A stretch of 64,000 nt of DNA from NCBI RefSeq assembly GCF_009914755.1, contig NC_060929.1; one strand, given 5' to 3'. Shown here piece by piece: positions 1 to 17,155 of this stretch. Positions within the stretch are counted from its first letter, which is position 1. Every line of letters starts with the position of its first letter. Below the pieces are notes generated by a model. That model saw only the letters and a program-made list of their open reading frames with translations. It searched no databases and was not told the origin of the DNA. Source of the DNA: the human T2T-CHM13v2.0 reference genome, Homo sapiens. A program made the position numbers and the translations under genes.

Positions 1-1453
1 GCTCCCTCACTGATGCTCAGAACAGGGCGTGGCACACAGTGGGTGCTGAATGAGTGACTGAACATTCCTTCCTCCCTACTTTAGGCCAAATCCTAGGCCA
101 GAAGAGCAGACCTATGGAGGGTGCAGCCGGAGTGAGGCAGCCTAAAGCTGCTCAGAATCTGCTACCTGCACCCCAGTCTCCTGCTGTCTCCATCCTGGTC
201 CCTCTCTCCCATAGACACTTGGGGACAGGCCTGGACCCTCATCCCAGCAGGTGGGAAGGCTACCTGAGGGGTTTTAAGGCGTAGGAGTCCTTCTGTTTGT
301 TTGGTTTTGTTCCCCTGTAGCCATTTCTGCTGCTGTGAAGAAATGAGCAGGGAGGTGGCAAGTGTGTGGGTGATAATGACAACTAATGTTTTTGAGCAGT
401 GAGTCTGAGTCAGGCCTTATGCGATGCAAGGTCCATGCACCGTCTTATTCAAACCTTCCACACCTGTAAGGGGTTCTCTTTAATCAACCCATTGTACAAA
501 TGAGAAAACCAAGACTTGTGAAGATTTTGCAGGTTGCCCAAGGTCCCCATAGATTAAGAGATAAAGCAAGACTTCAAATCCAGGCCAGTGTGACCCTGGA
601 GTGTGTGGACTCACCCCTGCAGTACACTACCTCTCACCATCCTTGTAAAAAGAAGCTGTAAGTTGTCAGGGCAAGAGCACTGATGCAGGAGTCAGGAACT
701 CTGAGAGCTGGTCCCAGCTTTGCCACTCACTTGTTACATGACCTTTAGCAAAATTGCTTCAAGGGGAAAGGAGTTAGCATTGTGTGTGCACCTACTATGT
801 GTCAGTTGCTGGGCTATGGGCTTAGAATACAATTGATTATGAAATCCTCACCCCATTACCACAAGGGAAATGGGATGGGTTCTGTTTTACAGATGGGGAA
901 ACCAAGGTCCTGAGAGATTATCTCACTTGCTCAAGTTTACATAGCTGGTTTGAATCAAGCTACTCAGAGCCTCAGTTTCTCCATCCGTAACAAGAAGTTG
1001 GATTTGATGTTCTCTTAAGGTGTCTTCAATTCTAGGATTGCCCAAAGGGACACGCCCACACAGCCATGTCTTTAGTGGGGAGCCTTCATATTATGTTTAT
1101 GGGTCAAGAGAAAGAGAGGTGACAGTTACAGATATAAAGGCAATTTACAGCACCTCTGTAATTGGGACAAATACAGTCTCAGGGATGAGGTCATTTCCTT
1201 GGTGACTACTGTATTGATGGTATTTATCAATACAGCTAGTTAGTCCTACAGGACTTCTAGGTCCTGTAAATACTATCAATACAGTCACCTCACGACCAAA
1301 ACTCCCAGGGTGGGAGGATGGATGCTGTCTGCTGCACCCTCCCAGGGGACCGGTGTCTGACTTGTGCTCACCCTTCCTCACTCACAGAGGCTGCAGTGAT
1401 GAGGGGCGGCCAGTAGGGGCCTTGAGATGCCTGTGGGGGCTACGTGCTGCTTA

Positions 1454-1552
<99 letters not shown>

Positions 1553-4500
1553 CTACAAGACAGGAAAAATCTGTTGACTCCACACAATTCCGACTCAGCA
1601 CACTTCCTCGCCGGATGTTTCCCTCAATGCCGGTGCTTTCTTTTTATAGTCTTTCCTCTGGCTTCAGATGTTTGTGTGATCAGATGGGGGATGGTGCCCA
1701 GTGACAGAGACAGGGACCTGGGCGGGCAGGTCCCCTGCTCTGTCATGTCACCCCAGGACCTGAGTGTCTGAAGGAGAGCAAGAGGACCCTCTGGGCCTGT
1801 CCCCTCATACTCATTCCTCCGAGTGTCCTGCACCTGGTGGACTCTGAGAGATGGGGTGAAAAAGGCATTTCCTGACCATCAATTTGTTGTTACTTTGATG
1901 AAGATTATCTTAAAGAGTTATGTTCCCCTTTAGCAGTATTTGGACATTCGGCCAATTTTTGTTGACCAGATGTAAGACTATGTTGTAGAGAAGGCAAAAT
2001 GGTGTCATTGAATTATTCATTTATTCATCTTTTCATTCATTCAACAAGTACTTAATAAGTGCCAGGCAGGGTGGTTGCTATGGGAGTAAGAAGGAGAAGG
2101 AGCCCCAGCTGCTGCCCTCAGCGTGGTCACATCTGTCAGGATGTGAAGGTTGCAGGCAGCCCCACAGGGAGGCTGGCTGGAGATCAGGGCAGCGAAGAGT
2201 GTTTACCACAGGGGTTGCCTCTGGGCATAGGGAAAGAATGGGGGCTCTGTGGGAGCAGAGGGCCCCTAACCCAACTTGGAGCAGGGAGGAAGCAGGGGGG
2301 TGGTACTGGATTAAGTTAATTCATTCATTTCAACAGATGTTACTGAGTTCATACCACATGCCAGGCACCTCTGCTGAGACCCAAAGGCTCCATAGGAGTT
2401 TGGCAAGTGGAAAGAGAATGAAGGTCTGGGCAAGGGGTGGGGAGGTTTTCAGGCAGAAGCACTGCACACTGAAAGGCTGGAAGAGAAGGTAGAGTTTCAG
2501 AAAGACTGGAGAATGGAGTAGGGGATGGGTGAGATATCACGGCCAGACCCTATAGGCCATTGGAAGGGAGAGGCAACAGATCAAGTCCTGGGAGGCGGAG
2601 TTCTAGTTCAAGGCCATTTGTAGCTTATTGTATAGCATTAGACAGGTTTTTAGACCTCCTCAGACCTCAGTTTCCTCATCTCTAATAGGGGGCTAGAAAT
2701 ACCCACACGCCTTCTTCTCAGTGTTGTCACGATTAAATGGTTTGAAAAAGTTAAAAATCCTCTGCAAAAGCAAGGAGTTTGCACTGTTATTCCTAGAAAC
2801 ACTGCTTCCTCCTCCTGGGTCCATCCCCATTCCTCCCTTAGGAGGTCCACCATGCCCCTCTGTGCAGCTTGAGGTAGGAAGTGTCAACCTCAGAGGAGAG
2901 TTGGAAGAGGAGATGGCCAGGACTGGGGTTTCACTGTGACTTGGGAGACTCGGGGTCTTATTGCCTGCCTCAGGGAAGATCCCACCTCCCAGCCCAGGCC
3001 CAGAAGCCCTCCTAAGATACCTGCCACCCTTTGCTCAAGTGACAGCTGCCTTTTCATGACATGACTCCCTACATGCCAAGCCCTATGCTGAGCACTGTCA
3101 TTCAGGGTCACTTCACAGTTACAGCCCAGACTCGAATCAGTCAGACTCAGGTTCAAATCCTAAATATGTCCCTGCCCCAGTTCCCATCAGTGTGGCCTTG
3201 AGGAATTACTTAAGCATTCTGAGAAAATTACTCAGTTTCCTCAACAGTAAAAAAAGTGCATATTAATGAGACCCAGGTCATATGGTGGGTTACGAGGTTT
3301 AAATGAGCTTATTAATAAATCCCATGATAAACAGTGATTGTCCAGTGGTGTATAATCTCATTTAATTCTTACAACAGCCTAAGGGAAGAGATACCATTAT
3401 GGCCATTTTGCAGAGGTGGAATTGGAGGCTCACAGGGGCTACACAGAAATTAGTGGGAGGGCTGGAATTTACACTCAGATCTGACTCTATGTGCTGCTGG
3501 AAAGATATGAGCATTGGGCAAGTTGCCTGTTACCCTCAAGTTGATCCCAAATGGGCACCTTTCTTTCTGTCACCTCAGCGGGGTCACCCACAGGGCCTAT
3601 TCTCTGTTGTCCTGTCTACCAGCAGCCAGCACAGTGTTCAGCACAGAGTTTATCCAAAAAGCACCTGATAAATGGATGGATGAATGGAAGGATAAATGAA
3701 TGGTTGGCTCTGGCAACCTCTGGGTCTGCACCGATCCCAGGGCAAGATTCCTAAGAGAACAGCTGGGCCATCTCCAGGTGGCTTCCTGAGGAGGGAATAG
3801 GGAAGGAAACTGTGTTTTGCTTCACAGGAAACCTGAGCTGATAGCCTGGCCAAACAGAAGTGTGCCTTGGGCGGGCAGCCTGGCACAGTGAAAATATCTG
3901 AGGTTCACAGAAGCAGATATGGGTGTGAGATCAGGCATCATCCCTGGAAAGGTTTCCCCACTTGTGTCTAGAAAATCCCAGGTCCTTAGACATTTTGACA
4001 CTCATCATCCCATTTAGCCCTCACACTCTAAGGAGGCAGACACAGGGTAAGTTTGGTCTCATAATCCCCATTTTATAGATGAGGAAATGAGGCTCAGATG
4101 TTGAAGGACGTGTACAAGGTTGCCCAGCTCCTAAGTGGCTGTGTTGAAATCTGAACTCCAATCTGCCTAACTGCTAAGTTCTAAGGTAATTTCCACTGCC
4201 CCATCCGCAGGCCCAGCCGGAAAGCTCTGGGGTCTCAGACAAATTATTTGCAACACCTGGGTTTGGGTGCAATGATGCCTATGCTGGCCTTCTTCATAGG
4301 GAAGTTGCCCAGATGAGATGAAGGCAGGCAAATAGTGGAGATGGAGAAGTGCTTTGAGGAAGTAATAGTAATAATTTGCTGAGTACTGACTACATGTCAG
4401 ATGGACACTGTTCTACAGGCATTAAGAGCATTCACTCATTTTATTTTCAGGCAAACTTAGAAGATGGGTGGTGTTAACATAGACATCTTCAACAGAGATG

Positions 4501-4833
4501 TTAACTTCCTCTGTGGTTCAGAGCTAGGAAGAAGTGGAGCCAGGATTTGAACCCAGGTAACCTTGCCCAAAGCTTATACTCTTAATCACTACCTTTGCTG
4601 TGTGTCTACTTGTGAGGCACCATAAATGCCTTATAGGAATTAATTGATCAAATCCTCTGGACAACTCTACAAGGTAGATACCCTTACTATCATCTCTAAT
4701 TTACAGATAAGACAACTAAGGCCCAGAGACAGTAAGGAATTTGCCTAGGATCACACAGCTAAGTTCAGCCGATCACAAAGCTGTGCCCTGAACCATTGCT
4801 ACCCAAAGCATCAGAAAGTGCCAGGTGAGCCTA

Positions 4834-7845
<3,012 letters not shown>

Positions 7846-8149
7846 CTAGAGTTCTTTCAAGGCTGGACAAGTCCTCCAGTGTTTCCTGGATGGCTTGATC
7901 AGCCCCGTGCTCCTTCCCCCAGAGCTGCCGGCACAACCTTGTCCCATAGTTAGATGATTATGAAACAAGCAGGACCCCAAGGCAAGGCCATCTTCATTGG
8001 AAGCGATCTGAGATGTCCAAACGCCGATCAAGAATTGCCAGGGGAGACCCCCTACTGGGGAACTAGTTGGTCCACTTCAGCAAATGATGGACAAGAGCTG
8101 GTCTAAGAGGGACCTGACCCAGTTGAGCAGGATGTGGGACTCTGACTGC

Positions 8150-8480
8150 CAAACAGTTGCTAGGCTGGGGAAACAGAGAAGCAGCTTTTTCCTATGGAAA
8201 CCCCACCTACAGGAAAAGGGAGGGCTGTGAGTTTCAATGCCAATTAGAGAAAGAGCATTTCCTGTGAAGCTAAGTGGCCTGCCGCTGAGGAGGATGAGGC
8301 CGGGGCTCCGGGGACAGGCCAGATGGGAAGCTGCTGTCCACGCAGCAAGGCGGCTGCTGAGGGAAAGGGAGCCTCTGCATCACCAAGTGAGCAGAAAACT
8401 TGAGCCTCCACCTGCTTGCACGTGGACTGATGCCCCTCCCGGGCAAGTCATGTTTCCTGTTTCTCTCCCCTTCCCCAACT
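8150..8480 (-). promoter_or_regulatory. Probable PCDH12 proximal promoter with ETS-like (CAGGAA) motifs
   Basis: Lies upstream of the CDS and 5'UTR. TTTCCTGT (ACAGGAAA on minus) near 8258 and 8453, and CAGGAAAA near 8209. The TSS cannot be fixed from sequence. Confidence 0.4.
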
Positions 8481-11166
8481 CTCTTTGTTCCTATCTTTTC
8501 CCCCATTGTTCCCCTCTCATTCCTGTCTTTTTCCCAATCTTGTTTACCTCTCTGTCTTGACTCTGCCCTGATCACCCGTTTTTGTCTCACTGGAAAGCAG
8601 CTGTGATTAACAGAGCAGCCATCAGAGGTAAACTGCCTGAGTTCAAATTCTGACTTTGCAACTTACCAGCGGTGTCATCTGGGACAAGTCACTTAACTTT
8701 CCTGGGCCTCCATTACCTCATCTGTAGAGTGGGGATGGGAGTAAGAATAGTAGCCCTTTCAGCAGGAAACTGTGAGGATTAAACGAAATGATGTAGGAAG
8801 GGCTTTGGCCTGGGCCTGGCCCCGAGTCACAGGCAGTGACGTTATTGCAAGGGGTGAGTGTTGTAATCTGCACAACTTGTCACACCCTATGGCTACCTCT
8901 GGATCTTGGATTGGCCCTGGGGCAGTCCCTGCCCACACTGACTTATGAGGGTGCCCATGGTGTTGATTCCAGAAGCTGCAAGAACCTGTGCAACTTGACC
9001 GTGTGGCTCTCCTCCCGCTTCCCTTCTGCCCCCCTCCAGCCTTGAAGTCCATTGTTCTCTGCATCTGGTCCAGACTGAGTCTCTGTCTGGGGAACCCCCA
9101 GCCTCCCACTCCTCTTGGAAGCTTTTATACGTTTCCCTCTCCCACACCTTCCCCTCCCTTTCATCTATGTCTTTCCCCCTTCCTCCAATTCTTCTCTCCC
9201 CAGTTTTGTTTATAAGAGTCCCGTGAAGCACATCTCCTTTGCTGCCCCCAACTCTCCTTTTAGATGTTTTAAGGGATACCCTACCTTCCACTCACCTCCT
9301 CATAAGGTGAAATTCAGGAAGGAAGGAGGTGAATGAGCAGTTTGCTTGGGTGGGCTTTGAGGTGGCCTTATTGCTGCTTATTGTGCCCTTCAGTTTGCTG
9401 CCCCCAACATTCTCCCAGCCTTATACCCACTTCAAGGTTGATCCCTGAGGCTCATGAAGCATTTGAGGTGATGAGAATGAACGCCAGCTTCCCTAGATGG
9501 GTGTTTGCTACTAAGCCCTTGGGGCCAGAGATGCCATGTTTGGACCCAAGTGGCACTAGTCAGGGCTTATTGGCATGGAGGCCTGTGGTCATCAGGACTG
9601 GGGTGGCTAAGGGACAGTCACCTGCACTCCTTCCCTTTCTCTCTGGCTTTTCTTTCCCTTAACTCCATATCCCACTCCTGAGGTTTCCCAACTATTTCAC
9701 TGAAACCCATTAAACCATAGCAAGGGGCCTGAATCCAGGGCCACCTCCTACAGCATGGCCCTGGAGACAGACAGGCCACTCACAAGCTCTGAGACACTGC
9801 ACAAGGGACTTAACCTCTCCTAGCCTCTGTTTCCTTCTCTGAGGGCTGTCATCGATCTCACAAGGTGGGGTAAGGACTCAGCACAGGGCCTGGCTCAGAG
9901 AAAGCACTCAGCACATAGGGACTATGATTTTGCTGTTTATTATCTTCCAAGTTTTATGCCTCATACGCAAATGGCAAAGATGGCCTTGCATTTGTCCCTT
10001 CACTTTTTTCTTTGCCTCTTTGGCAGGAATCCCATTTCTCAGGTCTCCCTCAGCTTGGTGTGGGCAAGGTGCTGCCTAAGCTACTAGGAGCCCCTGGGAG
10101 CTCAGGGACACAAGGGTGCCCATTGCCCCCTGCTGGCAGCCCACGTGACAGTCTCACTATCCGCCCCGCAATCGTCCCCCTGTGTGCCTGACAGTGAACA
10201 AGGCAAGGGGCTGACAGTCGCAGGTGGGGGCAGGGAAAATGAAAGGCGAGAGGCCAGTAGAATGGCTCTGGAATCAGGCCTGGGGGTCCGGGAGGCTCCT
10301 CATGGAGGGCACACGCTGAATCCTGACGGACCTGGAGGAGTGAGCCCGAGGAAGTTGAATAGGCAGGAGACAGGCAAAGCTGGTGGCAGGGGCAAAATGG
10401 GCAAAGGCCCCGAAGTGGGCAGGCTGGCTCCTGGCTGTGCTGCAAGAGGGTCAGTGCAGTAGTGTAGGGAGGAAGGTTGGGCAGGGGACATAAGCAGGGG
10501 TCCTCAGATGATGCAGTGGCCTGGGTTCCCATGGCTAAGAATTTAGACCTTGTCCTGAAGGTCGTGGAGTGCTTTTGAAAAGCTCTACGCAGGATAATGA
10601 GAACAGCGACCACATGCCAGGCCTTGTCCTAAGTGCTTTACCTACATCCTCTCATGACGCACTCACAGCCATACCATCACATTGAAGATGCTGAGCACAC
10701 AGCGTTAGGTAACTTGCCCAAGATCACACAGATGTGCCCTCCAGAAAGGCCTTTTGGCTGCACCCTGGAAAATGGCTTGGAAGGGAACAGAGAAGAGGGA
10801 GGGAGCCTAGTTGAGAGTAATGCAGGGGAGCTTTGATGCAGAAAACTCGTTTCCAGAGCGCCATCTGGTGGCCAAAGGCAGAGAAAACGGCACAGAGGCA
10901 GGGACCGGGGACAGCCACGAAAACAGGAAGTGGGTGCCTGGGGTTCATAAATATCCACAGCTCCAGCCCCGTGCTACACAGAAGAATACAACAGGAGAAG
11001 CTACTCACTGATGACAATAGTATCTCTTAATGGAAAACCTAACGTGGACCAAGGCCACAGAAGGAGTTATGGAATTCATGATAATTTTACTTGTGTTAAC
11101 ATTTATATTCTTCAGAGGACATTGTTTTATCTATATATATTTTACATGCAGTTATATATCTGTTGG

Positions 11167-11184
11167 GTGTGTGTGTGTGTGTGT
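11167..11184. repeat. (GT)n microsatellite
   Basis: Visible gtgtgt run. Confidence 0.85.
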
Positions 11185-14100
11185 CTGTGTTTTGACTGGG
11201 AATGTGAATGCAAAAAAATGATGCATAGGTCGCAAGAAAGTTTGAATTTAGATTTCATAGGTGGTTTTTATTGTTTGTTTTATTCACACTGGGGACATGA
11301 AGCTAAGATTACCCTTTGAGATTTCAAAGCTGGCAAACAAGGCCCCAGACTTTTTTAAGGTGATCACCTCTGGAAATGAGGTCCCCATTTAGCAATTTTC
11401 TCTCCTCCTTCTGGCTGCAGGGGTCAGCTGATCTTTAGCAGTCAAATGCCAAGGGGTGAATGGAGCTGTCACTAGAGTTCGTCTGGAAAGGCGACGTTTT
11501 CCTGAGTTTTGAAAATAGGTTTGAAGGAGTGGAGGTACTCTGAAATAGGTTTGAAACAATTGAGGACAGCCTCCCTTAAGTCCAAAATATTTTTTTTAAA
11601 AGGGCAGGATTAGGGTTTGTGCTTGAAGGCCTCACTAACCACCAAACTTGGGGTTGTTCACACTTGGGTTCTTAACCACAGGGAGGGCTGAGGGGTGAAG
11701 TGGGAAGGGTGGGGGTTCAGAGAATCTTCTTAAAACACCTGGAGTCCTAAGGAACCTTGAGGGGTCAGACTAGTAAGGTGTGACTCTGACCCTTGGAGGA
11801 CTCCCAGGCCAGCTGAATGAAGGCTGAGATCACACCTCGCCCCTACGAATGTCCCGCTGGGCTGGCTGCCCCACTTCCAGGGCTCTGGTCTTCCAGGCTT
11901 TCTCCTCGTGAATCTCCCCTGTGGTTGCCACAGCATCACCACCAAGACAGCTTTGGGGAAGCCAAGAAGCATCCTCCGGCTTATCCCAGGTAGGGAGGTG
12001 GTTGGACCGTCCAAGCTCAGCGTCTTTTTTCAGGAAGATCTTGTTGAAGTTAGATTCCTAGTCAGACCAGGAATCTTGACTGGGAGACTCAGGTAGATGT
12101 TCTGGGTTATCTGCTCCTAGCAGGGCACTTTGTGGACTTTGTTGAGACAGATGACAGGTGCTGTCTCCCACACAATGGCACCTGTTTCTGGGGTCAGTGC
12201 AGAAAAAAGAATGCACTTTGCAGGGAGAAATTTGCCAAGAAATAGGACCTTTCAAGAAATGAAAAAGCTTTATGTCTTGGTTAACAGCGGCAGTTCTCAA
12301 AAGGGTCCAGATATCGAAGTCACTTGGAAAGCTTTACAAAATACCAGGGACAGGGCAAGAAAATTCATACTTTTCCCTTTCCCAGAATACTGCCAAAGAA
12401 TAGTCTGTAATTGCCAGCTCAGTTCCGCACCCTTCATTTGGGACAGGGTTGGGGAATTTGATTGGACCTTTTTGCTGGAAAGAGAGGCTAAGTTGATTTA
12501 CGTGATAAAAATAAATAGACGGGAGGAGGGAGATTTCTGCAATCTGAGAAAATTCTGGAGAGCAATACAGCAGACAACAGCAGAGGCTGTGAAGGAGGTA
12601 GAATGAAGATGAAAAGGACTTTTGAATTCGTTATTGCAAATTATAGACCTCCTTCATGATTTTCAAGAAAAATACAAGAAAAGATTTGTATGTTCTTTTC
12701 CAAATTTATTTTGTGCGTTAGTAACCATAACATGGACCCAAAACTGGACCACTTGAGTTCTGGGTTGATAAGAGTTACACACACATGTCTTTCTCCCCAA
12801 CCTTCGAGAGGAAGGGCACTACTTCTGGTGTACAGATTTCAATTTTGATATATTCTGGGTGATTCCGACATGCATCCTTATCTCCACCCCAACTTCATCG
12901 AGAACCACCTATTAGAAATTCTCAGAATCACCATCCCCCATTGCAAAGGCCAAACTCTATAGCGATCAGGCCTTTCTTAACCCAGCATCCTCATGGTCCC
13001 CACCTCTCCCTGACATGTGTGTCACTATTCATTATAGAGTTCCATACTCACCTGGTTCTCTCTCCATATTTCTGCAGACTCCTCTATCTGCCTCTCTGGC
13101 TCCTTCTTTGGTTTTCCTTCCTTCTAACTCCCAGGTGCAGGCATGTCCCCTAGAAGCTATCTTCTGTCCTTTCCTCTACGTAGGGTTATTGGTCCAGAAA
13201 GGGGTTGCCAGATTTAGTAAATAAAAATACAGAGTGCCCAGTTAAATTAGAATTTCAGATAAACAATGAATAATTTTAGTATAAATATTTTAATCTGACA
13301 ACTCTGCCCAGAAATAATGTATGCTTTCAACACAAGTTCCTTTTTTTTTTTTTTTTAAGAATTTTGGTTTGCACAGTGAATTTGAAAATCTATTAGTAAA
13401 CAGAAAAAAAAATCAAACATATTGACTGGGAGCATCATCTGTGCATGAATATTCAGAAGCGAACTCTGTTGATTGGCCTTGTTATGTGTTCAGCATTTCT
13501 GGGTGACTCCAAGATCGAACTGTTTTACACGAAAGAACCACCCTGGAGGAAGCCTAGATTACACTCATTTATTAAATCATTCAGTCATCCAGTCACTCAT
13601 TTATTTGGTGGAATTTAGCATGTTCCTCTCTATTTACAAGGTCATTTTTTTGGCAAGGGAAGTAGCTCAAGTTGACCCACATTTTCCCTTCCTCTAAACC
13701 ATTGGCTTGGTTTTTTTCTTCATATAGAATCTAATCGGCCTAATTCTCTCCTTGCTTCAGAAAGGCTCTTGCAGGAAGGAAAATGAGTCTTCCCATCGTT
13801 ACATAAATTCTCATGGGGCTTCCCTTTATAAGTTTATGACAGCCAGGAGTTGAGCCTGGAGCTCTGAGAGAAACAGCCACACACTGATTTATGATGGCAG
13901 CTGCTGCTAAATCTCACCCCTCTTTCCTCCTTACAGAGCCATGTTACCTTGGGGTTACAAAACTCTTTTCACTGTTATTCAGGGGAATAATAATAAAATG
14001 CCAGGTTGCGAGTATAAACATGATCATTCTGTGCCTATTATTGTAAATCAAATTTTAGCTTGCATCAAAAGCACAGAAAACATTTTATACTGTCAGCCAC

Positions 14101-14576
14101 CTCAAGCCCTTGTAGCAGTCTGTCTTTATATAACCCTGGGCTGACCTGACCTGAGTTATTGTTTAGGTTGCACTGGCCAGGGAAGCTGGTCACGCAGGTA
14201 ATCTGGCTATTTCTCCTTACAGACCCAGCTGACCACTTTCCTTGAGCCACGTATTGACTTGGTCTAAGCATAGCAATGGGGTTAATGATGTGGGCCCAGG
14301 GCACCAATTGCCTGGGTTCAGGGATTGGCTCTGTAATTTACCATCTGTGTGACGATGGCAAGTCAATTATCTATGATCAGTTTCCTTAGCTTTAAAATAG
14401 GAATGATGATGATGATGATGGTGCTATGTTATAGGGTTGATGTTGGGTTTAGCTTAGTTAACATACAGCACTTAGAGTGGGGCCTGGGATATAAGTAGCA
14501 CTTTAAGCGTTATTTATAACTGTGCTTCTAGTGTAGGCACTTCCAATTTTTTAGGATGAAGCCTCTATTTTTTTAA

Positions 14577-14886
<310 letters not shown>

Positions 14887-15640
14887 TGAAACCTCTAATT
14901 TTTTAAAAAAAAAAACAATGTTTCAGAGGCCCACATGATAATAGACTTTTAAGATCTACATGATGAGCAAATACACAATGACAAGAGACCAGCAAGAAGT
15001 CAGGGACACTTCTGTACTGGGGTAGGGCTCATTAAGGTTCAGTTTTATCCAAAAGTTGGGCAGGGTTTTCCTCTCCACACTGCTGCCCCTCTGTGTTCAA
15101 GGGCTTGTTGCAGGAGTGCTTGCGAGTGGTGGCCATGGAAAAGGAGGCAGTCCCCCCTGGGATGGTGGGATGAGTTCAGCAAAGTTTCTGGACAGCTACC
15201 AGATGCCAGTGATGGATGGGAACAAATGCAGGCACCGTCAGGTCTGCTAACCCCTATAGTGACAAGCCATAGTTTGTGACTCACTTCTACTCTCCACTCC
15301 GTGGCCTGGGTCCCGACCTCTGGTCTAGGTGGTACACTGTAACCTCTCCTCTCCCTAGGCTCCGTCATCATCCGGTGTCCCTGGGGACAGGGGGTGGGAG
15401 TTGGGTCTCTTTCTCTGTCTGTGTTCTCATTCTCACCTATCCTTAAGTCATAAACTCGAATCCTAACTTCCCCAGGGCCTTCCCGTTTAGTTCTTAAGGC
15501 CAGAACTATTTTACTCTCTGTGAATTTGTTACAAAAAACCCTTATTCTCTGACAGGCTCCTGGAGAGAGTCAGACTGATGAGGAATTGGCTCTAACCCTG
15601 GCTCCACCACTGCGTGATACTGGCCAAACCTTAGTGCCTC

Positions 15641-15956
15641 CATCATCTTTAGCAAACTAGCACAGGAACAGAAAACCAAATACCACATATTCTCACTTGT
15701 AAGTGGAAGCTAAATGATGAGAACACATGGTCACAAAGTGGGGAACAACACACACGGGGGCCTACCTACTACAGGGTAGAGGATGAGAGGATGAGAGGAG
15801 GGAGAGGATCAGGAAGAATAAAAAGTACTAGACTTAATATTTCGTCACTGGGTGACGAAATAATCTGTACAACAAACCCCCGTGACACGAGTTTACCTAC
15901 ATAACAAACCTGCACATGTACCCATGAACTTAAAAGTTAAAAAAAAAAAAAAAAAG
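15641..15956 (+). mobile_element. 5'-truncated L1PA-type 3' end with poly(A), inserted in a MIR
   Basis: L1 3'UTR consensus-like (agcaaactagcacaggaacagaaaaccaaataccac...acaaacctgcacatgtaccc) followed by an A tail; TSD at 15625-15640 and 16392-16407. Confidence 0.85.
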
Positions 15957-15957
15957 T

Positions 15958-16285
<328 letters not shown>

Positions 16286-17155
16286 TCAACTTTATGACAT
16301 TGCTGTCTTTTATTACATCTTTTTATATTAAAAATAAATAAAAATGTCATAAATAGTAATTGTGTAAATATAAAAGGCCTTATTAAAAAAACAAATCTTA
16401 GTGCCTCAGTTTTCTCTTCTGTCAAGTGGGCACATAAAATTACCTAAGTCATAGGGTCCTGGGCATTTAAATGAGAGAATGTACGTGAAATATTTAGCAC
16501 AGTGGAGGGCTAGGCACACGGGGAGACTGCAGTTTAAAAGACTAACCAGGCACATGAGACCAAAGACACAAAAGTCTGTTATTTTCCTAGAGTCAAAAAC
16601 AAAACTTATTAGAAGGCTGTCTTTACCCAATCTTGTCCTCAAAATTGACTCTAAATCTTTAGTTCACTTTAAACATTCAGTAAATTATTAACACTGCTTT
16701 GAAATTCTCTTTCTATTCTCTCTATCCTGTGACCTCTGACATGATGTCACAATTCACCTTCTGCTCTGACTTTGTGAGGATTTCCCAAGCTGGTTGGTGC
16801 ATGGGCTTCCTCACTTTTTTCCTCACGAAGAGGTCTCTGGTCTCCCCTCTCTGAGCACTCTGAGGTAGGGTTGCTGTGTGTTTTGCTCTTGGTCTAATTC
16901 CTTTGGCTAAACATGAATAATTATATTAATGAATGGCTTTGGAGATTCTTCTTCCGTCCTTTGCATTTTTCCGAGATATGTTTCTGGTTTTGGTATCTAT
17001 TAGAAGGGTATTTTGGTTTCTGTTTTGTGACAATCAAGATTTATAGTACAGAAAATTAGAAGTGATTATTTCTATTTCAAGGTTCTTTCTGTGGCAGCCA
17101 GGTAATCCCTTGGGTGCCCTGATTTACTCACTTGGTTTTTTTCTCTCTCCTGGGT

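Noticed and set aside
2059-2319. ORF containing [18 protein letters not shown] as a PCDH12 paralogue or pseudogene
   Set aside because: Similarity is limited to 55 bp and the rest is unrelated; reported instead as an inverted copy.
11513-11555. Direct repeat aaataggtttgaa twice with a short spacer
   Set aside because: Only two 13-bp copies; a local duplication, not an array.
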